Origin: an uncultured delta proteobacterium
GTDB lineage: Bacteria; Myxococcota_A; Polyangia; Polyangiales; Polyangiaceae
NCBI GenBank assembly: GCA_963806225.1
Contig: CAWDXG010000004.1
Span: 1,792,001-1,856,000, forward strand
Direction of reading: 5' to 3'
DNA: 64,000 nucleotides
This document shows, piece after piece, positions 50,824 to 62,174 of this stretch. The notes under the pieces were generated by a model. The model was not told the origin of the DNA. It worked only from the letters and a program-made list of their open reading frames with translations, and did no database searches. How positions within the stretch are numbered: position 1 is the stretch's first letter; every line of letters begins with the position of its first letter. Made by a program: the position numbers and the translations under genes.

Positions 50824-53468
50824 TCACTCGTCCTGCTCGTCACCGGGTGGCGCCGCCGGGCGCCGGCGGAGGTCGGCGTGGATCTCCGGGTGCTCTGCCA
50901 GGTAGCGGTGGAGCGCAGCCCAGCCGATCTGGTCGAGCTCGTCGTCGGGGTCGCCGGGACCGGTCGCTACGCTCGGCGGCAGATGGTGCTCGAGCTGGTA
51001 GGCGATCCGCGAGCCCTCCGGCGGAGCACCCTTCATCGCCCACCACAGGATCGCGGGCAGATCCGGATTGCGGTCGGGACCGCGGAAGTCCATCTGCTGC
51101 GACCACGCCGCGCCGGCCGCACCACTGCCGTTCTTCGTGTCCGGCACGCTGCGCGGCAGCGCGTCGTACGGTGTGTAGTCCGGCTTCATGGTGAATGCGT
51201 CGTAGACGGGCGTCGCGAGCGCGTCCTCGCGGTTCATCGGAGGCAGACCCGAGGATCAGCTCGAAGCTCCGGAACAACGACGGGTACGACAGGTGCACCG
51301 AGCTCGTGTAGTGGTGCTTCGCCCAGGGGCTGATGACGATCAGGATGGAGCGGTGGTAGTCGACGTGATCGGCGCCCATCTGCGGGTCATCCTCGACCAG
51401 GAAGATGGCCGTGCTCTTCCAGTATTTCGAGTGCGAGATACGATCGACGAGGAGGCCCGTGGCGTAGTCGTTGTCGTTGATCATCGCCTGCGGTGTCAGC
51501 GCAGTGGGGCTGGTCCCGTTGGTGTGATCGTTCGGCAGGAGCACGTAGCTGAACGCGGGGAATTCGTCGTTGTCGATGAGCCGCTCGGCAACGTGGCGTG
51601 CCTTGTCCTCGTCCTTGATGCTCGTGTCGAAGAAGACGCCGGGGAAGTGGGTATCGACGTGGCTGAGCACCGTCTTGCCCGCGTACTGGCCGATGCTGCC
51701 CACCACCTCGCCGAAATCCGTGAAGCTCACATCGTGCTTGATGAGGTGGGTGAAGAACGTCCCGAAGCCGGGCTGCGCCCGCTCGAGCCCCGCGTCCCTG
51801 TCGGGGAAGTCGCCGCCGTGGCCGCGGTAGTTCTCGAGCCAGGTGCGCTCCATGTAGTCGTTCACGAACGACGCGGTCAGCCACAGGTGGCCCTGCACGC
51901 TGCACTCCGAGTCGGAGTAGAAGTTGTCGTGGCTCGTGAACATGGCCGCCAGCTTGTGCAGATTCGGCGTGATCTTCTTGCCGAACATGGCGAGCTTCGG
52001 GTCGCCGTTGCCGGTGCCGAGGTCGCCGAGCACGGTGTCGTAGGTCTTGTTCTCGCGCACGATGAGCACGACGTGCTCGATCGGCGTCCTGCCGCCCGCC
52101 ACCGTGGGGACGGGGAACTCGCCGTCCGTGCAGTCGAACGGATACACCGTGCTCGGGCGGCGCACGTTCGCCTCGACCTGGGCCGTCAGCTTCGGCAGAT
52201 CGATCGCGGACAGGTCAACGAGCGAGAGCGTCCCCTGCATCGCCGTCTTGCCGCTTTCGTCGCCGTTGCCGCCATAGTGGAGCAGCGGCCCGGTGCCGAT
52301 GCCCTTGGCGTTGGTCACTACGAGCTTGCCTCCGGACAGCGCCACGTCCGTCGGGTACCAGCCCACCGGGATCGCGCCGAGCGTCTTCAGCGTCGAGGCG
52401 TCGAGCACCGCGACGGCGTTGTCCGCCGCACGCGTCACGTACAGGCGGCCGGGCTTCGCATCCAGCGTGAGCCCCGACGGGCTGCTCGCGGGAAGCGGCG
52501 TGTTATCCTCGCCGGCGATGTCCGGCTCACCGACGAACACGGAACCGTCGACCTTGCGCGTGTTGGTGTCGATCGAGACCACGATGTCCTGATCGGTCAC
52601 GGTCGCATACACCCGCTTGCCGTCCGGCGAGGCGGCGAGCCCGAGCGGGTTTGCGCCGACGCTGACGCTCGCCACCTGCTTGCCCTGGGCGAGGTCGACG
52701 ACGGACAGGTCCTTGTCGCCGAAGCCGGAGACGTACAGCTCGTTCCGGGCCGGCAGTTCGACCACGCCGTAGGCGCGGCGCGAGAGCGGGATCTTCCGGC
52801 TGACGGTGAGCGTCGACGCGTCGATCTCCTCTACCGCCTCGTCGAGATAGCTGGTGACCCAGAGCGAGGAACCGTCGGAGGAGACCGCGACGCCGGCGGG
52901 ATAGCGGCCGACATCCACCTGCCCGCTGGCGGTGAGCGTGCCGTCCGCGGCCACGTCATAGACCTCGAGCATTTTCGTGGCGCCGCCGGACAGCGTACAG
53001 CCGCTTGCCGTCCGGCGACAACGCGAGCCCGTAGAAGCCTTCGCTACGTGGCAGATCCTGAAGCACCTTGCCGCTGTCGAACGAGACCACCTGCAGGCTG
53101 CGCTTCGAGTAGCCGGTATTCGCGACGTAGGCCACCGGCAGCGTGGGATGCGCGATCACCTGCACGGGGAACCCTCCGAGCACGGTATTCGTCCCAGTAG
53201 GCGTCAGCGCGCGGCCGTCGGGAAGCAGGAAAGGCTTGTCGTCCATCCGGAGCAGCGCCGGCGGCGGCGGCGGCGGCGCGCTGCATTTCGTGACGCCATT
53301 TCCGCTCGCATCTCCCGAGCTGCCGCTGCACGCGGCGAGCGAAAGCGAGAGCAGGACAGCAGCAATCTGCGGACGCGCGAACGGGTCGCGGCACGCTCCG
53401 CCTGTCGACCGGGGGCTTTGTCGCAGAGGAGAACTCCAGAGGGCTCGAGAAGTTGGGATCGCCAGCAT
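50824..53468 (-). CDS. YncE/YVTN beta-propeller plus phosphoesterase lipoprotein (frameshifts near 52990 and 51240)
   Basis: Lipobox LAAC, YVTN-like repeats, IEHVVLIVRENKTYD, LPNDHT, EDDPQ..DHVD; start uncertain. Confidence 0.85.
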
Positions 53469-53537
53469 ACGCTGCCAGCCCGCGTGCAATCCACACCGGT
53501 GGCTTGCCGCTCGCGCCCAGGCGAAAGCCGGCGTAGG

Positions 53538-54437
53538 ATGCGCACCGTGGTCCGGCTCCGGGTAGGGTGCGCGGTGAGCATTCTCGGCGCGTTGGTTGTT
53601 CTTTGTTCCGCGCCGGGGGCGCACGCCGAGAGTCGCGGGTTCTGGTACGACCCGCCCCCGGTCACGACGCCACCCGCGACGGCGGACCAACCCGCGCCGG
53701 TGGAGCCCGCCTCCGCCGACACGACCGAAGCGCCTGCACCCGTCGAGCGCCCGTTCCTCTACCTGGTCGATCCGACGCTGCCCAGGCCGATGCACGTCGT
53801 CGCCGGCTACGCGGCGGGCTACTCGTCGACGGACGCGGCAACGCGCCCGCTCGCAGCCACGGCGAACCGGAGCGGGCTGGTGAACGAGCTCAGGGTCGAG
53901 GGTGCGCTGCACGAGCGCTTCGCGCCGTTCGTCGGCGGTCTGCTCGCGCCGCCCGCTCCGGGTGAGCACAGCGCCCGCACGGCACTGCGGGCAGGCGCCC
54001 GCGTGCTCGTGACGGATCCGGCCTCGCACGGATTCCGGCTGGCACTGTCGGCGGCCTACACGCGCGACTTCCAGCAGACGAGCGGCGTCTTCGCGCGCGC
54101 GACGGCAAGCTACGATCTCGGCCCGCTGCGGCTCGCTTCCATGGTCCATAGCGAGAAGATGTTCTCGACTGCGCGGGATCAGATCGATCTGTACGCCGTA
54201 GCGGGTGCGTCGTACCGCGTGCTCGATTCGCTGCGGGTGGGGGTCGAATACGTCGCTCAGGACATCGAAGGTGCGTGGGCCGCGAACGAAGCGGAGGGAG
54301 GGATCCGGCACTTTGCCGGAGCGGATCTGGCGTGGTCGTACGACCGGCGGCTGCTGGTGACGGCCGGGCCGGCTTTCGGGCTGGGTGCGCCCGCCCCTGC
54401 ACTACTCGGCCGGGCATCCGTCGCGTACCTGTTCTGA
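53538..54437 (+). CDS. Exported protein, probable outer-membrane beta-barrel
   Basis: Signal ending AHA, Pro-rich segment, terminal ASVAYLF. Confidence 0.7.
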   Translation: MRTVVRLRVGCAVSILGALVVLCSAPGAHAESRGFWYDPPPVTTPPATADQPAPVEPASADTTEAPAPVERPFLYLVDPTLPRPMHVVAGYAAGYSSTDAATRPLAATANRSGLVNELRVEGALHERFAPFVGGLLAPPAPGEHSARTALRAGARVLVTDPASHGFRLALSAAYTRDFQQTSGVFARATASYDLGPLRLASMVHSEKMFSTARDQIDLYAVAGASYRVLDSLRVGVEYVAQDIEGAWAANEAEGGIRHFAGADLAWSYDRRLLVTAGPAFGLGAPAPALLGRASVAYLF

Positions 54438-54582
54438 GCCGCAGCGGCTCGGCCGGGAGCTGGCCCCGGCCCGTGGCTGGTTGCCACACCCGGTGCAGCA
54501 TACGCGCAGCCATTGCACGTGATCGCGGCCATTTCGCGCCGCGGGGACGCGTCGATCTGCAATCGCAGCAGTTCACACGTGC

Positions 54583-54597
54583 TGGCACGCGGTTTGC
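54583..54597 (+). promoter_or_regulatory. Putative sigma-54 promoter for the Ser/Thr kinase
   Basis: TGGCAC-GCGGT-TTGC, full consensus, intergenic. Confidence 0.72.
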
Positions 54598-54616
54598 GAT
54601 CACCTGCACCGGATCG

Positions 54617-56077
54617 ATGGTTTCCTCACCTGCAGTTCCTGTTGCCGGGATCGAGCGTCGTCTGGATTCGCGCCAGACAGCGGTGGGGAACTCGCTGCAG
54701 CTGGCCCGTTCCCTGCCCGCACCGGCGGACATGGTGGGACAGGTACTTCGCGATACCTATCGCATCCTGCAGGTACTCGACCACGGCGGAATGGGCGTGG
54801 TGCTGGACGCCGAGCACCTCAGGCTGCATCGCCGTGTCGCGGTGAAGGTGCTGCTCCTCGCGGATTCCGCAGCTCTGGCGCGCTTCCAGCGCGAGGCGGA
54901 AATCATCAGTCAGCTCTCGCACCCGCACATCGTCCAGATCATCGACTACGACACCACCAGCGACAACCAGCCGTACATCGTGATGGAACGCCTGCACGGC
55001 GAAAGCCTGGCCGCGCGGTTGGACCGCGAGCGCGTGGTGCCGATGTCCGAGGTCGTACGCATCGCAGGCCAGATCTCGTCGGGGCTTGCGGCTGCACACC
55101 AGCTGGCGATCGTGCATCGCGATCTGAAACCGGCGAACGTGTTCATGGTGAATGTGCCCGGCGAGCCGCCCTTCGTGAAACTGCTCGATTTCGGCATCAG
55201 CAAGCGCGTCGGAGCGGCGCAGGCCCTGACACGCGAGCGCGACGTGCTCGGGAACCCCGGACTACATGGCGCCGGAGCAGGCGGTCGGACACACCGGCGG
55301 CGCCGATCACCGCGCCGATCAGTATGCGCTGGCCGTGATGGTGTACGAGATGCTCTCCGGCCAGCTGCCGTTCGACGGCGACGACGTGTTGGCCGTGCTC
55401 TACCAGGTCGTCCACGAGCGAGCGCCGGCGCTGTCGGAAGTGGCTCCGCCATGGGTGCCGCGCGCCGTGAGCGACGTGGTGGCCCGGGCCATGGCGAAGC
55501 GTCCGGGTGACCGCTTCGCGACGGTGACCGATTTCGCGGCCGCGCTGGCCAGAGCCTCGGGTTGCGCGTTGCCGACCAGCCTGCAGCAGACCTCGCCGGC
55601 CCTGTCGGTGCCGGATTGGGTGACCCGCCCCACGTCGTCGCGCCGCTCCTCGACCGGGCCGGCGTCGCGGGCCGATCACCGCGGACCCCGCCGCCGAGGT
55701 CGCGGCGGCGGTCGACCAGGCGCGCAGCGCGCTCGGCAGGGGCGAGGTGGAGCTTGCCGCGCGCTATGCCGAGACGGCCCTGGAGGTCGCCGAGCGCGCC
55801 GGGGGCGAAGGAGTAGAAGCTGCGCTGGAGCTGTCGACACCGGCGCTCGAGCGGGTGTTCGAGGCGAAGCTGGGCGGTCTGCGTTCGGAGCTCGCGGATC
55901 GAGCGTGTGCCCTCTTCGGCGGAAGGAGGGATGACCTCCGCGGAAGCCTTCCTCATCTCGCGCGTGGACGGTGGCACCACGGTCGAGGAAGTGCTCGACC
56001 TGTCGCCGCTACCGCGCCTGGCGAGCCTCAGGCTGCTCGTTGCGCTGCTCAAGCACGGCGTCATGCGCATCGACTAG
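54617..56077 (+). CDS. Hanks-type Ser/Thr protein kinase with C-terminal wHTH-like region (frameshifts near 55250, 55680, 55910)
   Basis: GGMGVV, VAVK, HRDLKPAN, DFG, GTPDYMAPE after frame correction; ends EAFLISRVDG...GVMRID. Start may be ATG 54731. Confidence 0.85.
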
Positions 56078-56689
56078 GTCCGGCAACGTGCCGTCGAAAC
56101 AGGTGATGGTGTTCGGTGCCTCGGGGCGCGACCAGAGCGCGCGCACCGGCGCGGACGGCGTGCCCTCCGCGAGTCCCTCGGCCGCCGACCATGCCGGTGT
56201 CTCGCCTGGGCCAAGCACGTGCAATCCGCTCTGCCAGACGCCGATCACGTAGGTGTGCCCGGCGCTGCGGCAACCAAGGAACGAGCTCCACGCCGCTGCG
56301 AAAGCCTGTCCGCGTTCAGCGCCGAAGGTCTCGCAGGTGCGGAACCACCACAGCGCGTCCGGCACCAGCCGCTCGCGGATGCGCGCAAGCCGGCGTTGGT
56401 GCGAATGACCTGGCTCGAGCGAGCGCAGCGAGAGTTCCTCCTCGCCGACGCGTGCCAGTCCCCATTTCCCGTGTCCCCAGAACTGGATCTCCGCGACCCT
56501 GCGCTCCGGCTCCACGTCGCCCAGCCAGTCGAGCGCCTGCTCCCACGACTCCACGCCGCGCGCGAGATCGATCAGGCCGCGCGTGCGGTACAGCCGGGCG
56601 CCGGCCGCCCAGGCGTGGCTCAGACCGGGCAGGAGCGGGCGTCCGCGGCAGGTGCGGTCGTAGACGAGCAGGCGGAGCGCGTCGCTCAT
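56009..56689 (-). CDS. Hypothetical protein, DUF4347-like His-Gly...Cys pattern
   Basis: EIQFWGHG...LWWFRTCETFG...GQAFAAAWSSFLG. Confidence 0.6.
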   Translation of the reverse strand: MSDALRLLVYDRTCRGRPLLPGLSHAWAAGARLYRTRGLIDLARGVESWEQALDWLGDVEPERRVAEIQFWGHGKWGLARVGEEELSLRSLEPGHSHQRRLARIRERLVPDALWWFRTCETFGAERGQAFAAAWSSFLGCRSAGHTYVIGVWQSGLHVLGPGETPAWSAAEGLAEGTPSAPVRALWSRPEAPNTITCFDGTLPDLVDAHDAVLEQRNEQPEARQAR

Positions 56690-56726
56690 CCGCCGAGAGT
56701 GTCACGGCAGAGGTCGCTCCGCACGC

Positions 56727-56978
56727 TCACGCCGCCGGCAATCGGCCAGCCAGGTACGCCGTCGCGCTGTCGATGCTGAAAAGCCTGGGGTAGTCGCTCT
56801 CGGGGATGTCGACGCCCAGCCGCTCGTGCAGCGCGACCACGATGTTCAGGAAGTCCATCGAATCGATGTCCAGCTCCTCGCGGAGGTCGGCGCTGCGATC
56901 GATACGCCCAGGCTCCGCTTCGGGCGCGATCTTCGTGATGGACGCGAACAGCGCGTTCTCGATCTCGGTGCGGGTCAT
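56727..56978 (-). CDS. Acyl carrier protein
   Basis: 83 aa, acidic, LDIDSMD attachment motif; start overlaps the E2 stop. Confidence 0.9.
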   Translation of the reverse strand: MTRTEIENALFASITKIAPEAEPGRIDRSADLREELDIDSMDFLNIVVALHERLGVDIPESDYPRLFSIDSATAYLAGRLPAA

Positions 56979-58225
56979 AGCTTCTCCGGCTGCTGCAGGA
57001 TGCGATCGATCGCCGCCAGGAACAGCGCTCCGCGGTGGCCGTCACTGACGCGGTGATCCGCTGCGAGACTGGCGTGGACGAGCGGGCGCGGCACCACCCG
57101 GCCGTCGACCACCCACGGGCGCTCGACCAGCTTGCCGAACCCCACGATCGCCACCTGCGGCGGGTAGATCACCGGCAGAAGCGCCTCGACGCCGCGTTCA
57201 CCCAGGCTGGTGACGGTGATCGTCGCGTCGGACAGCTCCGAGCTCCTCATGCGTCCGGCACGCACCCGCTGCACCAGATCCCGGAACGCCTGCATCAGCT
57301 CGAGCAGGCTCTGCTGATCCGTGTCGTGCAGCGCGGGAGCCACCAGCCCGCCCTGTCGCATCGAGATGGCCGTCGCCCACGTGGATGTGCGCGAGCTGCT
57401 CGGCGTGGTCCCCTCGCCACGCGGCGTTCTGTTCCGGGAACTCACGCAGGGCGAGCGCCACGGCCTTGAGCAGCAGCACGCCGTAGATCAGCCGCTCGCC
57501 GACGGGACTGCGCGTATTGTGCTCCTCGAGCCAAGCCATCGCGCGGGCCGAAGTCGATGGTGTGGCTGACGTAGTAGTGCGGGATCTCGCGCTTGGAACG
57601 CGCCATCGCGGCGGCGATCGCCTGGCGCATGCGCTCGGCGGCGGCTGTGGGAACGGCGAGCGTCGGTGCGGCGACGCGCTGCCGGGCCGCCTGCTGGATG
57701 TCCTCGCGCGTGATGGCTCCGCCGGGCCCCGTGCCGCGCAGCGCTGCTCGCATCCACGGATAGCTCCCGCGCAAGACGTCGCGCCGACGGCGAGATGCGG
57801 AGCCGTTGCGCCTGTCTGTGCACCTCCGGGGCGTGCAGCGAGGCGGCGGACGGCGCGGGCTCCGGACGTGGAGTGGGCGGCGGTGGCGCGGGCTGGGCGG
57901 CGGCAGGCGGCGCGGGCTGGGCGGCGGCAGGCGGCGCGGGCTGGGCGGCGGCAGGCGGCGCGGGCCGGGGCCGCGGCGCGGTCTGCGCCTCCTCGTCGCG
58001 AATGACGGCCAGCGGCGTCCCCACCGGCACCTTCGTGCCGGGCTCGACGAGCAGGCGGTCGATCACGCCGGCACTGAACACCTCGACCTCGATCACGCCC
58101 TTGTCGGTGTCGACCTCGGCGACGATGTCGCCACGGGCCACGCGATCGCCGGGCTGCTTGAGCCACGCGACCAGCGTGCCGGCCTCCATGTCGGCGCCCA
58201 GCGACGGCATGACGAACTCAGTCAT
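56975..58225 (-). CDS. pdhC: Dihydrolipoamide acetyltransferase E2 (several frameshifts)
   Basis: Lipoyl motif [32 protein letters not shown]. Confidence 0.88.
57885..57965 (-). repeat. ~3 x 24-bp coding repeat in E2 linker (PAPPAAAQ)
   Basis: ggcgcgggctgggcggcggcaggc units. Confidence 0.8.
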
Positions 58226-59205
58226 CGCCGAAGAGCCCTCTGGCGGCGGCCACGATCGCCGGCGGCTGCGGCAGCGCGGCGTCCTCGAGATGCTTCGCGT
58301 AGGGTATCGGCACTTCCGCGCTGCACACGCGCGCGACCGGCGCATCCAGCTGCGTAGAACGCGCGCTCCATGATGGTCGCGCTCACCTCGGCGGCGAAGC
58401 TGCCCGTGCGCCAGCCCTCGTCGACGACCACCGCGCGGTGGGTCTTCTCGACGCTGGCGGTGACCGCGTCCACATCGAGCGGCCGGAGCGTGCGCAGATC
58501 GAGCACCTCGGCGTCGATGCCCTGCGCCGGCGAGCTCCTCCGCCGCTTGCAAGCGTCTTGCCGAGCGACCCGCCGTAGGTGATGAGGCTCACCTCGGTGC
58601 CGACGCGGCGCACCAGCGCCTCGCCGATCACCGCTGGCGGCGCATCCTCGTCCACCTCGCCCTCGGTGTTGTAGAGCACCTGGTGCTCGAAGATGAACAC
58701 CGGATCCGGATCGGGAAACGCCGCCAGGAGCAGGCCGCGCGCGTCCGCCGGCGTCGCGGGCGCGAGCACCTTGATGCCCGGGATGTGCGCGTACCACCCT
58801 TCCAGGCTGTGCGAGTGCTGCGCGGCCAGCTGCCGACCCGCGCCGGTCGCCATGCGCACCACCACCGGCACGCTGAGCTGCCCGCCGGACATGTGCCGGA
58901 GCGTGCCGCGCGTTGTTCACGATCTGGTCGAGCGCGAGCAGGCTGAAGTTGACGGTCATGATCTCGACGATCGGGCGCATCCCGCCGAGCGCGGCGCCGA
59001 TCCCGGCGCCCATGAACGTCGACTCGCTGAGCGGCGTGTCGCGGATGCGCTCGGGGCCGAACTCCTCGAGAAGCCCCTTGCTGACGGCGTAGGCGCCGCC
59101 GTAGCGGCCCACGTCCTCGCCCATCAGGAAGACGCGCGGGTCGCTCGAGGAGCGCCTGGCGCAGCGCCGAACGCACGGCCTCGCGGTAGGTCATGCGTCG
59201 GTCAT
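58222..59205 (-). CDS. pdhB: Pyruvate dehydrogenase E1 beta subunit (several frameshifts)
   Basis: [40 protein letters not shown]. Confidence 0.88.
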
Positions 59206-60183
59206 GGCGCCACCCCCGGCGTGTAGACGTCCGTCTCGAGATCCTCGACCGGCTCGAGCGGCGCGGCCTCGGCCTCCTCGACCGCCGCGGCGATCGTGCC
59301 GCCGATTTCCGCTTCATCGCTCCGAGCGTCGCGTCGTCGAGCCAGCCGCGTTCGCGGAGCAGGTGCGAGAAGTTGTCGATCGGATCGTGCATCGTCGACC
59401 ACTGCTCGACCTCCTCTTTGCTGCGGTAGAGCTCCGCGTCGTACATGGAGTGCGCACGGAAACGGTACGTGCGCGCCTCCACGTAGTACGGCAGCCCGCG
59501 TCTCCATCACGTGCAAGACGGCCTTCCGCGCTCCCTCCTCGCACTGCGAGCACGTCCATGCCGTCGACGCATTCGCGACGTCGATGCCATAGGCGCGCGG
59601 CTTGACGCAGAGGTCGGTCACGGCCTCGTGGCGCTCGAGCGCGGTGCCCATCGCGTAGCGGTTGTTCTCGCACACGAACAGCACAGGCAGCCTCCACAGC
59701 GCCGCCAGGTTCAGCGACTCGTGGTATTCGCCCTCGTCGGTGGCACCGTCACCGAAGAAGCACGCCGTCACGGCCTTGCGTTTCTGCATTCGGTCGGCCA
59801 GCGCGAGCCCGACGGCGACCGGCAGACCGCCCGCCACGATCGCGTGGCCGCCGTAGAGGCGCCGTTCGGCGTCGAACAGGTGCATCGAGCCGCCCCGTCC
59901 GCGGCTGCAACCCGTCATCTTGCCGAACATCTCCGCCATCACCGAGCCGGGCGGGGTGCCGCGCAGCAGCGCGTGACCGTGCTCGCGGTAGGTCGCCACG
60001 ATGTTGTCCTCCGCGCGCAGGGCCTGCATGAAACCGACCGCTACGGCTTCTTCGCCGATGTACAGGTGCAGGAAATCCGCGGATCTTTCCCAGGCTGTAC
60101 ATCTCGCTGCACTTCTCTTCGAAACGCCGTACCAGGAGCATCTCGCGCAGCAGCTCGAGCCCGTGATCCTTGTCCAGATTCAT
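59202..60183 (-). CDS. pdhA: Pyruvate dehydrogenase E1 alpha subunit (several frameshifts)
   Basis: [26 protein letters not shown]...[12 protein letters not shown]. Confidence 0.9.
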
Positions 60184-61933
60184 GACTCCGCTCCTTCCAG
60201 CGTGGAGGTGTCGCCCTCTTCCAGCCCGAGCTCGCGGGCCTTGAGCAGGCGCCGCATGATCTTGCCGCTGCGCGTCCTCGGAAGCGTGGCGGAGAACGCG
60301 AGCTCCTTCGGCGCGACGGCGGCACCCAGCCGCTTGCGCGCGAACCCGACGAGCTCCCGCTCGAGCTGCTCGCCCGGCGTGTAGCCGTCCTTCAGCGTGA
60401 CGAACGCCTTGACGATCTCGCCGGCAACGGGGTCCGGTTTGCCGATGACGCCGGCCTCGGCAACAGCTGGATGCTCGAGCAGCACGCTCTCGACTTCGAA
60501 CGGCCCAATCAGGTGGCCTGCGCTCTTGATCACGTCGTCGGCGCGACCGATGAACCAGAAGTAGCCGTCCTCGTCGCGGCGCGCGAGGTCGCCGCTCAGA
60601 TACCAGCCGCCGGCAAAGCACTTGTCGTAGCGCTCTGCTGCGTTCAGATAGCCGCGGAACATCGAAGGCCACCCCGGCCTGAGCGCGAGCTCGCCCTGCT
60701 CGCCGGCTCCGAGCTCGCTGACAGAGCCGTCGCGCTCGCGCCGTACGATGCCTGCCTCGATACCTGGCAACGGTTTCCCCATCGATCCGGGGCGCACGTC
60801 CATCGAGGCGTAGTTGGCGATCATGATCCCGCCCGTTTCCGTCTGCCACCAGTTGTCGTGGAACGGCATGCCGAAGGCCTCGCTGTCCCCAGACAACGGC
60901 CTCGGGGTTCAGCGGCTCACCCACGCTCGCCATGAAGCGCAGGCCGACAGGTCGTGGCGGCGCACCGGCTCGATGCCGCCCTTCATCAGCATGCGGATTG
61001 CCGTCGGCGCCGTGTACCAGACACTGACGTGCTGGTCCTCGAGCGTTCGTACCATCGCTCGAGCTCGAACTCGGCTTCGTCCACGATCATGGTCACGCCG
61101 TTCGTGAGCGGTGCGATGATTCCGTACGACGTGCCGGTGACCCAACCGGGATCGGCTGTGCACCAGAAGATGTCGCCCTCATGCAGGTCGAGCGCCAGGC
61201 GACCCGTCGTGTGGTGCATGACCACCGCTTCGTGCACGTGCACCGCGCCTTTCGGCGTGCCGGTCGTGCCGCTCGTGAAGTGGAGCAGCGCCATGTCTTC
61301 CGGATCGGTCGGCGGGATCCGGTATCCTGGCTCGGCCTGGTCGATCAGCGCGTCGAAGTCGAGTGTGTCCGGGAAGCGGCCGCTGCTCTTCACGAGGATC
61401 ACGTGCTCGATGCCGGGAGCGAGTCGCGGATCGGCTCGAGCTTGCGCCGGAACAGGGCCTCGGTGGTGACCAGCACCCTCGGGCTGCCCAGGGTCACACG
61501 CGCCTTGATCGGCTCCGGTCCGAACGCAGAGAAGAGCGGACAGAACACCGCCCGGTGCTTGAGCGTGCCGAGCGCCGTGATGTAGAGCGCCGGCTCGCGA
61601 CCCATGAGCGAGAAGACGCGATCGCCGGCCTTCACGCCCAGCCGGTCGAGCGCGTTGGCGAAGCGGCCGCTGAGCTCGCCGAGACGCGCATACGACAGAT
61701 CCTGTTCCTCCCCGTTTGTCGAGAAACCGGATCGCGATGCGCTCGCCCCGACCCGCAGCGACGTGCCGGTCCAGCGCCTCGTACGCGATGTTCAGTCCCC
61801 GGCCGCCGGGCAGTCCGGCCAGAGCGCGCCGGGCCGCCTCCCAGGAGAAGGCCAGGCGGTCGGCCTCGTAGTCGCGCAGGTGTGGAGCCACCGCGCCGCT
61901 CTCGAACCGCTTCCCGATGATCACGGGCTCCAC
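60180..61933 (-). CDS. acsA: Acetate--CoA ligase (several frameshifts)
   Basis: [42 protein letters not shown] start with GGAGGG RBS. Confidence 0.88.
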
Positions 61934-61957
61934 GCCACCCTCCCGCCTTCGCGGAGG

Positions 61958-61972
61958 GCAAACGACGTTCCA
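61958..61972 (-). promoter_or_regulatory. Putative sigma-54 promoter for the acs-pdh-ACP operon
   Basis: Minus strand TGGAAC-GTCGT-TTGC, GG-N10-GC. Confidence 0.6.
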
Positions 61973-62114
61973 TGGCAATGGCTCGCAGAGGCACGCGCAA
62001 TCGGACAGCCTCGCCGCAAGAAATGCGCCGATGGCGCGGACGCCGGCGAGCGGTGCGTGGAAGTCCATTGGCCCTGGACAGGTGGATCGGGAGCGCTGAA
62101 AGCCAGCCGGAGCC

Positions 62115-62129
62115 TGGCACGCATCCTGC
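62115..62129 (+). promoter_or_regulatory. Putative sigma-54 promoter for the His-to-Asp sensor (copy 2)
   Basis: TGGCAC-GCATC-CTGC, ~46 nt upstream of ATG 62175, the same offset as copy 1. Confidence 0.65.
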
Positions 62130-62174
62130 GTTCTCCTGAAACCCAGCCCCTGACCACAGTCAACTCGCGAAGCG

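Noticed and set aside
56975..61933. Programmed frameshifting or true pseudogenes in acs-pdh
   Set aside because: Too many irregular indels, no slippery-site pattern, catalytic motifs intact; sequencing error is more parsimonious.
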